Assembly: GCA_009914755.4 (NCBI GenBank)
Contig: CP086569.2
Location: 22,304,001 to 22,368,000 of the forward strand
Source: the human T2T-CHM13v2.0 reference genome, Homo sapiens
Length of the DNA: 64,000 bases
Direction: 5' to 3'
Below are positions 12,899-28,174 of the stretch, piece after piece. The translations under genes were made by a program, and so were the position numbers. Under the pieces are notes generated by a model. That model did no database searches, had not been told where the DNA came from, and was given only the letters and a program-made list of their open reading frames with translations. Numbering within the stretch: the stretch's first letter is position 1; every line of letters begins with the position of its first letter.

Positions 12899-13510
12899 GT
12901 GCTTTTCCTCTGAGGGTAATTGCGGCTATAGGGAGAACAAAATGTTAGCTACAAGTGGGCATCAGAATCAAGCAGAGAGGCCAAACAAATGATGATGGCT
13001 TCAACAAACATAATGGCAGAGGAGGTGATACAAACACTCATTTCATATGACTGTATAAATTGTGCTTTGCCTAAAATTACATGACAAAGAACGTAAGTAA
13101 TATTCAGATAATCATGTTGCGTATGTAGGTGATTTTTTATTGTTTAGAACTTTCCTCTAATTTGCTTCTGGTATTTTATTTTACTCTTTTAAACATAGTT
13201 AGAATTATTTGTGCCTAAGTGTTATGTGGAACTCTTGAAGTATGTACCATGTAATATTTAATACTGTCCATCAAGTAATATGAAATTTACATGTAATAGA
13301 AAAGTATAATTTACACTTATAATTTAATATATGTATAAACCATATAAGCTATATAACTAATTTATAAATATAAGTATCCCTAAACATATACAATATATGT
13401 GTCTGTGTATTTTATAATTAACATATATGTATTGCATATATATGTAATTTATACATTATATATTTTAATACATGTATACTATACGTCTATATGTATTTCT
13501 AATATATATG
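12899..13510. repeat. Direct repeat copy A' (partner of 8838-9452), starting exactly at the L1 5'-truncation point
   Basis: Aligns to 8838-9452 at about 85% identity across its whole length, including the (TA)-rich tail. Confidence 0.8.
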
Positions 13511-13789
13511 GTTATCTTTGTTTCCACCCATTCAGGTACAGCAAGATAGTCCTGTTCTTTCCCTCTTTGGCCGTCACTGGGAACGGGTAGGCCTGGTCAG
13601 TGATACCTCAGAAGCCTGTTATGACCCTGTTCTTGTCATCAGGACAGGTTATACATATCTTGGATTAGATGGCCTATCAAGACATCCCAGAAACCACTGG
13701 GTCGTATTTGTTCCCTACCCTGCAATTTTCCTCCTGGAGTAGAAAATAGTCCACAAAACACACTTAGCTGTAACATAAGCTCTGACACT

Positions 13790-16700
13790 TTGGTCTTCCA
13801 TGGATTCTCAGTACAAACATGGAGAAGATTAAGCACTTCCCCAGTGAACAGAAAGCACTGGCATACTTATTCAATGTTTTTGGTTCAAATAATAGAGACT
13901 TTTTTCATGCCAAAAGACTATTACACTTTCAAAGTGGTCACCTCTCCTCAGCTAGCAAATTCCCAAAGGTATGATCCTGGATTTCTCCTGTTGCCAAACC
14001 ATGGGATCATCCTGATACAGCTGAATGCTGGAGTACCCCAGAAACTGACACTTCTCAATATTTCTTTTTTTCTGGACCCCAGAACTCCCAAACAGCTATT
14101 ATACCTATACCCTGGAATCTTCCTCAGAAAAAGACAACAAATTATAAATATCAAGCTGTGACTGATTCAGCAAGATCCTGGATTAATACATTAGCTAGTA
14201 AAATTAGGCTTCATACTCTACCATTAGTTAATATTGGTGGATCCTGGTTTCTCTTTTCAAGGGGCCTAGGTGGATCTCAAGTTCCTTCTGAGATTGATAC
14301 TGGTCAGTCTCAAGTTCAATCTGTTAATGTTCTGTCTCATGGACAAATTGTAGCTAGACCTTGGCTAGAAATTACTCCTGAAGTTGAAACTTGGAAACAA
14401 TTTGTGTCTTATAAAACAGGAACAGATTCAATCCAGTGAAGAGAGTATTAGACACCAAACATATCATGTAGCTCATAGAGTTAACCCTGGTGCTAAACCA
14501 TCAACTTACAACTAGATTCCACCAGTACTTTTCATAGTTAATAAAATTGAACTATGGGCTCATTCATCCCTCAGTGAAGATGGATTTCCGTATCCTACAG
14601 TAACCCATATTTTTGAACCATGGTGTCAGCTACTCTTGAATGTATTTGGATCCCAAGAAACTATAGAAAAGACAGATGGATACTGGACTCTTGTGGAACC
14701 TAAGTCAACTTGGTTCTGGATTTCTTCTACACTGCATACTCCATATTCACGTGCTAAGTCAAAAGGTGATACTATTAGGTCTTGGATCCAAAATAAAACC
14801 AGTATGATCAGGCCCTCAAATCAAACGGATAGATTTAGTACCTTGAATAAACATTAGGCTATTATACTCAAACCCCTGATGCAGACATGCATCCTATTAT
14901 GAACATAATTGAGCCCTTACTTCACTCTAAAGTTGACATGATCAGACCCTGGAGTCAGCCTGAAACAGCCATAGTCCAAATGTGGACCTAGGCAGAAACT
15001 CAGTCAGGAAGACTCTTGACTTGCCTGAAAGCTGGTACAATTAATCCATGGTTACAAACTGAAATTGAAAGAATGAGACCCTGGATTCAGCGTAAATTTA
15101 AAATATTGAGACCCAGAACCCAGACTGAAGAATGGAAACAAGAACATTGGGCCCAACCAGAAACAGATCCAGTTAGGTACTGGGCCCAAACTGGAATGGA
15201 AACAGTGGTACCTGGGCCCCAACCTGAAGGTGATAAAAGCAGACCCTAGAATCACACTGAAGCTGATATCAAACTTTTGTTTCAGTCTCAAGCAGAGACA
15301 GTCACACAGTGGAGAGAACCAGCAACTCTGACAGATCATCATTAGATACAGTCTGAAACTGCAATAGTGAGGTTTTGGAACCGATCTGTGACTGATAAGT
15401 TAAGAGACTGGATACATCATGAGATTATGCATTTAGACTCTGGGGTGAGGTTGAAAGTGATAAAGTTAGATCCTGGACCAAAGTTGAAGATGACACTTTG
15501 AGACACTCGATTCAGAAAGACATTGGTGTAATCAATTCCTGGGTACAAAATGAAGCTACTATATTAACACCATGCATTCAGGGAAAGTCTTGAGAATTAA
15601 ATCCCTGACATAATCTGAAACTTCCACAGTGCCACTGTGGACCCAGACTGAAACTCCAACAGTAAACTCTTGGACAGATATGTTATCAGATACAGTCACA
15701 GTATGGACAAAGGCTGAATTTCAAGGATTAACATCCACCCATCTATTGAGGGAAACTGATCCAATCATACTGTGGACTATTACCAAATCTCCAGCAGTGA
15801 ATCTCTGGACACATTCTGTATGTGATGAAGCCAAATTTTGGAACCAAGAAGAATTTCCAGCCTTATTGCCTTTGACAGAGCCTATAGCTAAGACAGTCCC
15901 ACAATGGATCCAGGATAGATTTCCAGCAATGAACCCCTGGGCAAAAACTATGGCTGAAACTGTCATACCATTGACCCTTGATGAAATGACACCAGTAAGT
16001 CCTTGGACAAAATTACAGCCTGAATATCTAGAAGGAAATACTTGGCTCCCATCTGAATTTAATCCAGTCTCATGGTGGACCATGGCTTATCTGCCAGCAG
16101 TAAAAAACTGGATACGTTTTGATACTGAAACAATAATGTTGTGAAACCAGGTTGAATTTCCAGCAATACATTCCTGGAAACAGTTGGAAACTGATATAAT
16201 CACACTAGGGACCCAAGCTGAATCACTAGTGATGAATTCATGGATACACTCTCCTATATCTGATATGGTCACAATGTGTATCCAGGCTGAATCATTATTA
16301 TTACATCCTTGGACACAGTCTGAAACTGATATACTCACAACATGGATTCTGGCTGAAACTCTAGGAGTAATTCCCTGGGAACAGGATATATTCCAACCAT
16401 GGACCCACGCTGAACACCCACCAGTATCTTGGACTCAATCATTGATTCCGGGTAAAACACCAGCAATGAATCCCTGGAGAGATGTCACAGCTGATATGGT
16501 CCTACCATGGAATCAGGCTGAATTTATAGTAGGAAATGCCTGGACACAGTCTGAAACTTATACAGTCACACAGGGGATCCTGAATGGTCCTCCAGCACGA
16601 TATTCTTGGACACAACAAATAGCTGATGTAGACAAGCTGTGGACCAAGCCTGAATTTCCCACAATAAATCCCTGGACAAAGTCTGTAGGTGATACTACTA

Positions 16701-17495
16701 TACAATAGTATAGTAGTGATAGTACTATACAATAGATTCAGGATGAGTCTCCAGCAATAAAACCATAGACACAGTATGTGTCTTATACAATCAAACCATG
16801 GGCCCCAGATGAATCTTCAGCAGTAAATCTCTGTACACTCCCTGAATCTGATAGCATTATCCTGTGGACACAAGCTGAGTCTCCAATGGTAAATCTGTGC
16901 ACAGAGGCTGCAACTTCCAAAGTCACACCATGGGCCCGGGCTGTATCTCCAGCAGTAATTCCATGGACACAGCCTATACCTTCCATAATTGTACCTTGGA
17001 CCCAGGTTGAATGTCCATCAGTAAATACCTGGACAATGTCCATAGCCAATACCATCACACTATGGAACCGGGCTGAATTAATAGCGGGATATCCATGGAT
17101 ACTGCCACGGGCTGCTACTATCACACTATGCACAGTCTGAATCTGCAGTAGGAAATCTTTGGACACAGCCTGTATATGACACAGACACTCCATGGCGTAA
17201 GGCTGAATCTTCAGCAGTAGTTTACTGGACAGAATCTGTAGCTGATACACACACACCATGAACTCAGTTTGAAGTAAAGTTTACAGTTTTTAACAGTAAA
17301 GCCTTGGATCCAATCTGTATCTGATACACTCATACCCTGGACCCAGGCTGAGTCTTCAGCAGAAAAGCATTTGACACAGGCAATAGCTTATACAATCAAA
17401 CGATGGAACTAAGTCAAATCACCTGCCATAAATCTCTGGAAACAATATGAAACCAATATGTTCACGTGGTGGACTGAGGCTGAATCTCCAAAAGT
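13790..17495. repeat. Tandem array, left part: 33-bp subunit alternating as A/B to give a 66-bp higher-order unit; degenerate at its outer edge (13790-14450)
   Basis: Unit A is roughly 'tggacccaggctgaatctccagcagtaaatccc' and unit B roughly 'tggacacagcctgtatctgatacagtcatactg'. One frame is nearly stop-free and encodes repeats like 'PWTQAESPAVN / PWTQPVSDTVIL'. The array is interrupted at 17495/17496 by a provirus. Confidence 0.85.
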
Positions 17496-18103
17496 TTTGA
17501 GGAAACCAGCCCCACACTGCCTGGCAGGTACCCCGAATCCAGTGGAGACAAAGGAATTAGTACAACGGAGACAAAGGAATTAGAAAGAGACAGAATAAGA
17601 GTTTAAAAGGTGGGTTCAGGGGACCAGAGCATCGGACACTTGCAAATGGCGTGGAGCTCTCGGCCTCCACCTAATTTATTAGTTTACAAGCTCTTTGTTC
17701 TTAGGGCAGATGGGAGGGGGAGGAAGGGAATGAGGAAAAGGTTTAATCCGTGAAGGAGAACTTGTGAGTCATTCAATAAAATGTATAGCAGTGGCAGTTT
17801 CTGTGAATTTCCTTGAGCAAAGGCATGTGTCTAAACGACTAAAGATCTTTAACTTATTGAGACTGAAATGGGTGGGAGTGGATTTCAGGAGAAGCCAAGA
17901 TGTTTGATTATACTCCACTTCTTCAAGGGAGTGTTATTTCCCGGAGCAACCTGTGGCATTCTTCTGAGCTCTTATGCTCTTAGGGCATAAAGACATGAAG
18001 GCAATAACGAGACTTTTCTCCTTAGAGGCTGCCCACGTCTCCCCATGGGTGTCTTACACAGGAGAGACCAACTTATCTGGCATTCCAGAAACTCTCTTTC
18101 TCA
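17496..18103 (-). repeat. 3' LTR of the provirus (in provirus orientation)
   Basis: About 87% identical to 23033-23633. Followed on the plus strand by 'tgggtcttccttttttgtctc', the reverse complement of the purine-rich PPT 'aaaaaaggaagaccca'. Confidence 0.85.
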
Positions 18104-18443
18104 TGGGTCTTCCTTTTTTGTCTCTATTTTTTTTTTATTAGAACTGCCATTGCTATCATTCATGCTCTCTGGCTTCTCTCCCTAGGTACCCTCTGCATCT
18201 ATAGACTAAAAACAAACAGCATAAACAGACACAAACCAAAATAAAATTTGCAATTGTTCATCTACCTATGGTGTTCATCCACTTTAAAGGATTACTCTTA
18301 GAAAGGCCATCAGTAGCTCCAGCAAGAATATCAGCTCCAGACAACAGGCTTAGGTGAGCCTGAGGTGTCTCGAAAAGTTGTTTTTTTCAGTTTAGCAATA
18401 TCTAGTGTTAAAATGTCTTCTTTTCCTGGTAGGTTATGTCTAA

Positions 18444-20470
<2,027 letters not shown>

Positions 20471-21039
20471 TCTTGTGGGTACCCAGACAGGAAGCTGATT
20501 CTCTTCTGGTGAGATACAAGCAAATCCTCGACCCTAACAAGACCCACTGGGGCCTTTTGTTTAGGCCAGTTTTTTGGCTGTTGATAAAGGGCTATCATCG
20601 ACACATCTGCTCCTGTGTTGACCAGTCCCTCAAATTATTTTCCTTGAATAAACCATAAAAATAACTCTATTGTCAGACACTCGATTTACCCAATAGACAG
20701 CCTTGCTTGCTGAATTTGTGCTTCCAAATCCTCCTGTTCTTTTTTCTGAGATTTCTCCTAACTTAACATATGGTAAAAGTAACAGTTGAGGTATTCTGTC
20801 ACCTGGATTAGCACTGCAGGGAACAGTGGAGGAGAAAACAATTTGAATTTCTCCCTGGCAATCAGTCTGCTACTCCAGTATGTACTTGAATTCCCTTTAT
20901 GTTTAAGGTGGATCTTCCCAGTATAAGTCCCACTGTGCCATTTGGCAATGGGCTGTAAACTCCCATTGGGACCTTCCTAGGAGGCTCCCCAGGAAGGAGG
21001 GATACAGGTTCAGTACAGAATAAAACTACTGCCCCGCTT

Positions 21040-21447
21040 CTAGCTGTGGAGGGAGATAATTGCTGTACATTTGTACAGGGATAGACTGGGCCGGGAAGAC
21101 TCCATTTGGAGTCGGGGACATCCCATCCTGAATTGGAAATGCCCCATTTTGAATCGGGGCCAGGGGCTGGCCCCTCTCTCCATTTCCCAGCAAGGGCTGT
21201 CTGCTGTTATCAAACTTTGAAAGACATTGATTAGCTCAGTGTTTACTTTTTTACATATGGGACAGATTCCTGGTACCCTGCTTTTTCCTCCTGAGTTTTG
21301 CCTTTTTTGGCTCTTTGTACATTCTCTTTTTGTATGTCCTGTCTGCCCACAATTATAGCAAGATCCAGGCAACACTCGTGTGCTTTTTGTTACCTTTAGT
21401 TCATCCACTGCCAGAGCTAGGAGGCTGGCCTTATGTAAGTGCCCCAC
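21040..21447 (-). CDS. Gag nucleocapsid-region ORF of the provirus (CCHC zinc knuckles)
   Basis: ORF-track 135-aa translation contains 'CYNCGQTGHTKRECTKS' (C-X2-C-X4-H-X4-C) and a second 'CPICKK' knuckle. Further gag-like frames lie upstream at 21495-22267 (minus strand). Confidence 0.7.
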   Translation of the reverse strand: MGHLHKASLLALAVDELKVTKSTRVLPGSCYNCGQTGHTKRECTKSQKRQNSGGKSRVPGICPICKKVNTELINVFQSLITADSPCWEMERGASPWPRFKMGHFQFRMGCPRLQMESSRPSLSLYKCTAIISLHS

Positions 21448-23012
21448 AATGCCATGGTAGGCTTTAATGTATTCGCTTAAAGATTTTTCCTCATTTAGAT
21501 CTGCCTTTCCCTTAATAGGTCTAATTGCTGCCTGACATTCTGTATTAGCATTTTCATAAGCAAGCAGCTGAATGATCCCTTTCCTGGCATGAGAATCCTA
21601 AATACCCTTTTGAGACATGTCTTGCAAATGGGCAATAAAATCTGGATAAGTCTCCCTTGGACCCTGTTAAACTGAGTTAAAAGAAGGATAAGTAGTACCA
21701 GGGTTGTGAATTTTTTCCCAGACTCAGGCACATCGTTCTGAGCTGATAAGCAGCCTCATCACCCATTACTATCTGTTGATTTAGAGTACCCCATGCCTGT
21801 CCGATTCCAAGCAATTGGTCAGATGTGATATTAACAGAGGTTGGGTTTGAGCATTTCTGCATGCCTGATTTGTTGCTTAATCTGTCCACCAGGTTTTAAA
21901 TTGGAGAAATTCAGAGGGGGACAGGGTGGATCAGGCTAATGACTCCCAATCTATAGGTATTAAACGCCAGTTATAAGCCACAGATTGTAACAAGGAATGA
22001 ATATAAGGATAATTTGGCCCATATTGTCCAATTGCTTGCTTTAAAGACTTTTAATATTTTAAAAGGAAATGGCTCCCAGCATGCTTGAGCATGTTCTCTG
22101 GGCTCCTCAGCTGGAGAAATAATTACCAGAAACTGCCAAGCACCCGAATTCCCCATTTCTTGTGCCTGGTGAATGGATGTCTGGATTGTCCCTGCGCCAT
22201 AATTTGTATTCGGACTAGCTTGCAGTATTCCTCCGCCATAATTAACAGGCAGATAAGCCTGGATCATTCCCCCCCCTTACTTGGCTGTTGGGCAAGCCTG
22301 AAGCTTCCCATTGCCACAGTTAGTGGAAGGGAGTGCAATAATGGGAGCTGCAAGCCGCGTCGCAGACTCCTGTTCCAAAAATACCTAAGACTAAAGTTGG
22401 AGTGGCCATTCCGGACCTTCCCCTAAAGGCGCAGTAGGTAGCACTGTTTCTTTCATAAGTTTTTGGAGGTTAGGATATATAACTTCCCATTTCTCCCCCT
22501 TTTTAAAACTAGACTGTGACAGTTCACTTTGCTGATTAGCAGACTCCTGATTATTAAACTTTTCTATGTCATCCTGAAACTTCTCCTCCTCCTCCTCAGT
22601 GTGGAAAGGCTGCAGTGCTGTTTAAATTGCCGACCACACAGACCAAGTGGAGAAGGGCCCTCTTGTTGTGATTGTTTTAAGTCTGATCCTACCTTGTCCC
22701 AATCTTTTAAATCCATGTTTCCATATTCCAGGAACCAAGAAGAATACTTTTCTACGAGATGGAACAAAGATGTAAGATTTTGGGTATTCACAATTACCCC
22801 TCCGTGGCACAATAACTGCTGCACCAGGCTTAATTAACAAACTTACTCTCAGCCAGTCTCATATTTTCCCTAGGTTACCCTGGAATTCTCCGAGCGCCCT
22901 ACTTACCTGTAGAGCTTGAAGTGAAAACATATTCAGGTGTCCTTTGTCAGTCGTCCTCCACTTTGCACGCTCTGGCGTTCCTTCACTGGATTATTTGTAG
23001 AGATTATGGGGA

Positions 23013-23030
23013 GCCCCGCGTTGGCCACCA
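23013..23030 (-). promoter_or_regulatory. Primer-binding site, tRNA-Lys type, next to the 5' LTR
   Basis: Reverse complement 'tggtggccaacgcggggc' matches 15 of 18 positions of the HERV-K Lys PBS 'tggcgcccaacgtggggc'. It is separated from the LTR by a 2-nt spacer. Confidence 0.7.
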
Positions 23031-23032
23031 GA

Positions 23033-23633
23033 TGTTGGGGAAACCAGCCCCACACCAGCTGGCGGTTACCTCGAATCCGGCAGGTACCCCGAGTCCGGCG
23101 GAGATAAAGAATTAGAAAGAGACAGAATAACAGTTTAAAAGGCTAGTCCAAGGGACCAGAGTGTCAGACTCTTACTCATAGCCTGGAGCTCTCAGCCCCC
23201 ACCCAATTTATTGGTTTACAAGCTCTTTGTTCTTAGGGCAGGCGGGAGGGGGAAGAAGGGATGAGGAAAAGGATTAATCAGCGAAGGAGAACTCGTGAGT
23301 CGTTCAATAAGATGTATAGCAGTGGCAGTATCTGAATTTCCCTAGCAAAAGCGTGGGTCTAAACTGCTTAAGACCTTCAATTCATCGGGACTAAAATGGG
23401 TAGGAGCAGGTTTCAGGAGAAGCCAAGATGTTTGATTTTACTCCACTGCTTCAAGGGAGTGTTATTTCCCCAAGCAAGGTGTGGCATGCCACTGAGCTCT
23501 TATGCTCTTGGGGCATAAAGACATGAAGGCAGTAAGGACACTTTTCTCCTCAGATGCCACATATGGCTCCCCATGGGTGTCTCACACAGGGGAGACCAAT
23601 TCATCTGGCATTCCTGAAACTCTCTTTCCCACA
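23033..23633 (-). repeat. 5' LTR of the provirus (in provirus orientation)
   Basis: Direct repeat of 17496-18103. Begins 'tgttggggaaaccagcccc' and ends '...ctctttcccaca'. Confidence 0.85.
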
Positions 23634-26600
23634 AAAAGTAAATGATTGGACACAGCCCATACCAGCTACAGTTATACCACCAAACCAAGCTGAATCTGTA
23701 GGAGTAAATCCCTCCACAAATCTTGAAACAGAAATTGTCATACTGTGGACCCAGGCCCATTCTAAAATCAACAATCCCTGCACATACACTCTATTTGATA
23801 GAGTGACACCATTGGCTAAGAATGTTTGTGTAGCAGTAAAACAATAGAGATAGTTTAAAACTAAAATAGTCACATCATAGACCCAGGATCTGTTGCCAGG
23901 AATAAATCCATTAACAGTGGCTGAAACTGGTATAGTCACACTGCAGTACATGGCTGTATCTCTAGTAATGATTCCCAGGAGAGAGGCTTTATCTGATACA
24001 GTCATAATATGGACACAGACAAAACCTCCAGCAATCACTTTCTGGTTACAATCTCTACCTGATGCAGGCAAACTACAGACCCAAATGAAATATCCATCAG
24101 TAAACACTTGGAACGAGGCTGAATTTCAAGCTGTAAATTCCATGATGGAGTCTAAGTCTCCAGTTGTAAATATCTGGACAGATCCTGAATCTCCAGCCCC
24201 AAGTCCTCTGCTATAGGTCGAGACTGATATAGTCATACCATGGACCCAGACTCAATCTTTAGCAGTAAATGCTTGGTCAAAGCCTGTTGCTGATACACTC
24301 ATACTGTATACAGCCTGCAACTCTATCATTAATCTTCTTTTCACAAAGTTTACATGGTACACTGAAAGCTTGTACTGAAACCAAATGTCTATCATTAAAT
24401 ACCTGGACAGAGGCTATAGCTTCCACAGATATACCCTGGACCCAGGCTGAATTTCCAGCAATAAATCCCTGGACAGAGCCTGTTTTTCATACAGCTACAA
24501 TTTGGGCACAGGCTGTATCTGCAACAGTAAAGGCCTGGGCACAGCCTTCATCTAATACAACCAGATTATGGTCCCAATCTGAATCTGCAGCATTAATTGC
24601 ATGGATACTGCCTGTATCTGACACATACATAGGATTGATCCAATTTGAATCTTCAGCAGTAAATCCCTGTATATTGCCTATATCTAATACATTATTATTG
24701 TGGACCCAGCCTGTATCTCTAGCAGTCAATTCGTGGATAGAGGCAATAGTTTCCATAGTCACACCATGGACCAAACCTTTTTTTCTAGCAACAAATCCCT
24801 GGACACATCCTGTATCTGATATAGTTGCACTTTGGACCCAGGCTGAATCTTCTGCAGTCATTACCTCCACACAGCCAGTTTCTGACAAAATTATACTGTG
24901 GCTGCAGGCCCAGTCTCCAGTAGGAATTATCTGGACACAGACTGTATCTGATATACTTATATTATGGAACTACGAGGAATATTCAGCAGAAAACCCAGAG
25001 GCATGGGCTGTAGTTTCCACAGTGTTACCATGGACCTAGCATATCCCTACAGCAGGAAAAACCTGGAAACTACCTGTGTCTGAATCAATCACTCCGTGAT
25101 CCCAGTCTGAGTCTCCAGTAGTAAACACAACCTTTGATCCAAGATAAAAATCAAGAGTCTATTTTATGGACACATCATGAAATTGAATGTATCAGTGAAT
25201 GGACTTTGCCTGAATTTGGAACACTTATATCCTGGATAGTGCCTGGGCCTCCAGCAGCAAAACCATGGTCCCAACCTGAAGCTCTAGTTATAGAACTTTG
25301 TTTAAAACTGGAACAGAAAAAAATAAAACCTTAGGTTCACCAGAATTTCAAACACTGAGCACATTTACTCCCTTTGGACCTGGTAAAATAGAATCCTGGG
25401 CCAAACAGAGAACTACAACTTTAATAACATGGATCCAATCCAAAAGGAATGCCTTCTTCCCATATACACAATCTGAAGTAGGTACAATGAGATCCAAAAC
25501 AATTTCTGAAGCTGTTACAGTAAAATATGGATCCAGACTGAAGCAGGCACAATCCACCCTTGGACTCAAGCTAGAACTAATACAATCAGACCTTTGACTC
25601 ATGCTGAATTTCAAGCAGTCAGACTCTGGACCCTGTCCTTGTCTGATACGCTACTGTATCAGACTGAAATACAGGCAGCAAAATGCTTGACCATGCCTGA
25701 TATTAATATTCTGAGTGCTTGGCTTCAGACCCAAAATTATGTAAGAAGAAATGGTACTCAACCTTACTCTCAAACAGTTACTTACCTGGATGCAGCCATA
25801 ATCCACCCATGGAACCAATCTGAAAAGAATGCAGTCAGACCCTGGACCCCAGTCTGAAGGTGATGTTATCCAACCTTGGATCTATGCTGAAACCAATACT
25901 GTCAGACACTGGACCCATTCTGAAACTGATAAAATAAAACAATGGACTGAGCCTGAATCTCAAGCAAGTAGGACCTGGCCTGAGGCAGGTATGTTGATAT
26001 GTTTGTCCCCAAAACGATGCAGTTTGACCCTGGACCCAACTTGAATCTCAAGCTTCACACTCCTGGACCCAGAATCAAATTAGCATAAATTACTCTTGGA
26101 TTTAGCATGTACCTGCTACAATCAGACCATGGACTTACTCTGGAATTCATCCCTGGACCCACCATGAAACCAATAGAGTGATAAGATACTGGTTCCAGAC
26201 TCAAATAAATTCAACGAGATACTGGAACCAACCTGAAACTGAAGTATTCCAAATTTGGACTGTAAGCCAAGGAATAAAACCCTGTAACATGACTGAAATT
26301 GATACAGTCACATCTTGCTTACAGCCTCAATGTGATACAGTTAAATCCTGAATTCATCCTGAAAGTCAGCCACTTTCTCCCTGGCCCCAGACTGAAGTTG
26401 GTATATTCTGTCCCTGGACTCAGCAAAGAGCTGCTACATATCAAACATGGACCCACCCTGAAACCTAAGCAGTGAGACCCTGGAACAAGCAGGAAACTGA
26501 TATAATCAGATCTTTGTTTTACATTCAGGTGCATAAAGGCAGCTCTTGGCTTATTCAAAATCTCAAATACTCAGTTCTTCGATCCAGCCTGACATTGATA

Positions 26601-26880
26601 TAATTCACAATTTTATTCAGTCTGAAACTTTGGTTCTAAGATTCTGGCCCAAGGTTCTACCTGCAGTAGTCAAACCATGGAACTTGCTTAAAGGAAGAAC
26701 ACTCATATCTTGGATACTGCCTGTAACCCAAGCAGACACACACTGGATCCAGTCTGAAGCTGATATTATTGAATCCTTTGTGGATTTTAAAGGTGGCAAA
26801 GTGAGAACCTGGATCTAGCCTGAAACAAAAATACTAAGACCCAGAACCCATTGTAAGGCTAATATAATTGCATCATTTTC
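23634..26880. repeat. Tandem array, right part: same 33/66-bp repeat, increasingly degenerate from ~25100 to its end at ~26880
   Basis: Continuation of the 13790-17495 array. The pre-integration junction reconstructs as '...gctgaatctccaaaagtaaatgattggacacagcc', which matches the repeat consensus. Confidence 0.85.
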
Positions 26881-28174
26881 TCCTCCTGAAATTGAGCTGA
26901 ATGGAGAAACACTATTAATGAGTCATTTTGTCTCCTTGTCTAAACGTGTACCCTTTTTGCCAGTAAAAACTGTCTTTCCCAGATCAGTATTTAATAGCTT
27001 TGTTAACTGAGATAACTGCCACAGAAAGCCAGGATAAAATCAATTCTCTCCAACCAAGCCAGCTTACAAGCATTTGGCTTCCTGGAAGAGTTGTTTACCA
27101 GCACTATGGAAGGAAATTAAAAATTATCAAGATAAAAGAAAGCCCTGACGTCCCAGCTACCTCTCTTGTCTCTCTTTCTTCCTCCTTTTTCTTTCTTCTT
27201 TCTTGTTCTTTTCCATCTCCATGTACACTGTGTTCTTCTTAAGTCTTTTCTTCTTGTACATTCCCTTCATTCTGCATTTTCCCATCTTGCTCAGTTTTTT
27301 CTCCTCTGGTCTCCTCTCCTATTCTTCTTTCCATAGCCTCTTCTACTAATCCTCTTCAGAAAATATCTTCCTCAACATTTACTGAAGAGTCCATTCTTTC
27401 TCAATCTTTTTCATCCTTGCATGCTGCTCCAGCCACACTTTTAATAAAACACCCTCTCCTGATGCCTGGATCTCAGTCTGGACCCAAGCCTGGACAACAA
27501 CCTCTTAGGCATGCAGAATTCAACGTTTCCCTGGATGAGTGTCAACTAGCTGTGATCTGGAAAGAAAGTTTACAGGCTTACTGGCTCTTCAAGACACGTG
27601 TTATTTCTCATGAAACCACAGGCACCTTTAGTCTAGTCATATGTTTGAGTTAATATACTTAGTACGAAGACTCTTGTTGAAGCCTAAAACCAGAGTTTGT
27701 AAGATAAGAGGTTATATTCTCAGACCTTTGCAAAACCAAAATTTATGTTATTATATGAATCAGCAGAGATGTCTAAATATTAACAGAATATTTTATTTTT
27801 GCCAAACAAGATTTATGAACTATGTTTTATGAACACAATTCTATTCAGAGAACAGTATTTTAAAGATAGTCTTACTTCTTAGAAATGTTTTATTATTTCC
27901 ACTTGAGGTATGTACATATAGATACACACTGTTGGATAATAGTATTATATCTTGGATATAAATAATAAGATATATAACATATGTACTTTATTATTTGAAG
28001 GGAAAATATGGAGATAACCTCTGTAGTTTATCTAAAATTGTTGGATGAATAATGTACATTTCCAAATATTTTCTCAGAATTGAAGATACTGAATTTCCAA
28101 GCATATTCCTAAAAACCTAAAATTAGATTTTAGAAATGGGAGACCAGTAACACTAAACTCACTCTATTCCACAG

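Noticed and set aside
15629-17140. Runs of 120-256-aa ORFs on both strands across the tandem array (also 23601-25039)
   Set aside because: They are produced by the stop-free frame of the 33/66-bp repeat consensus. Frames are repeatedly broken by stops and shifts between copies, with no start or stop context or homology supporting a gene.
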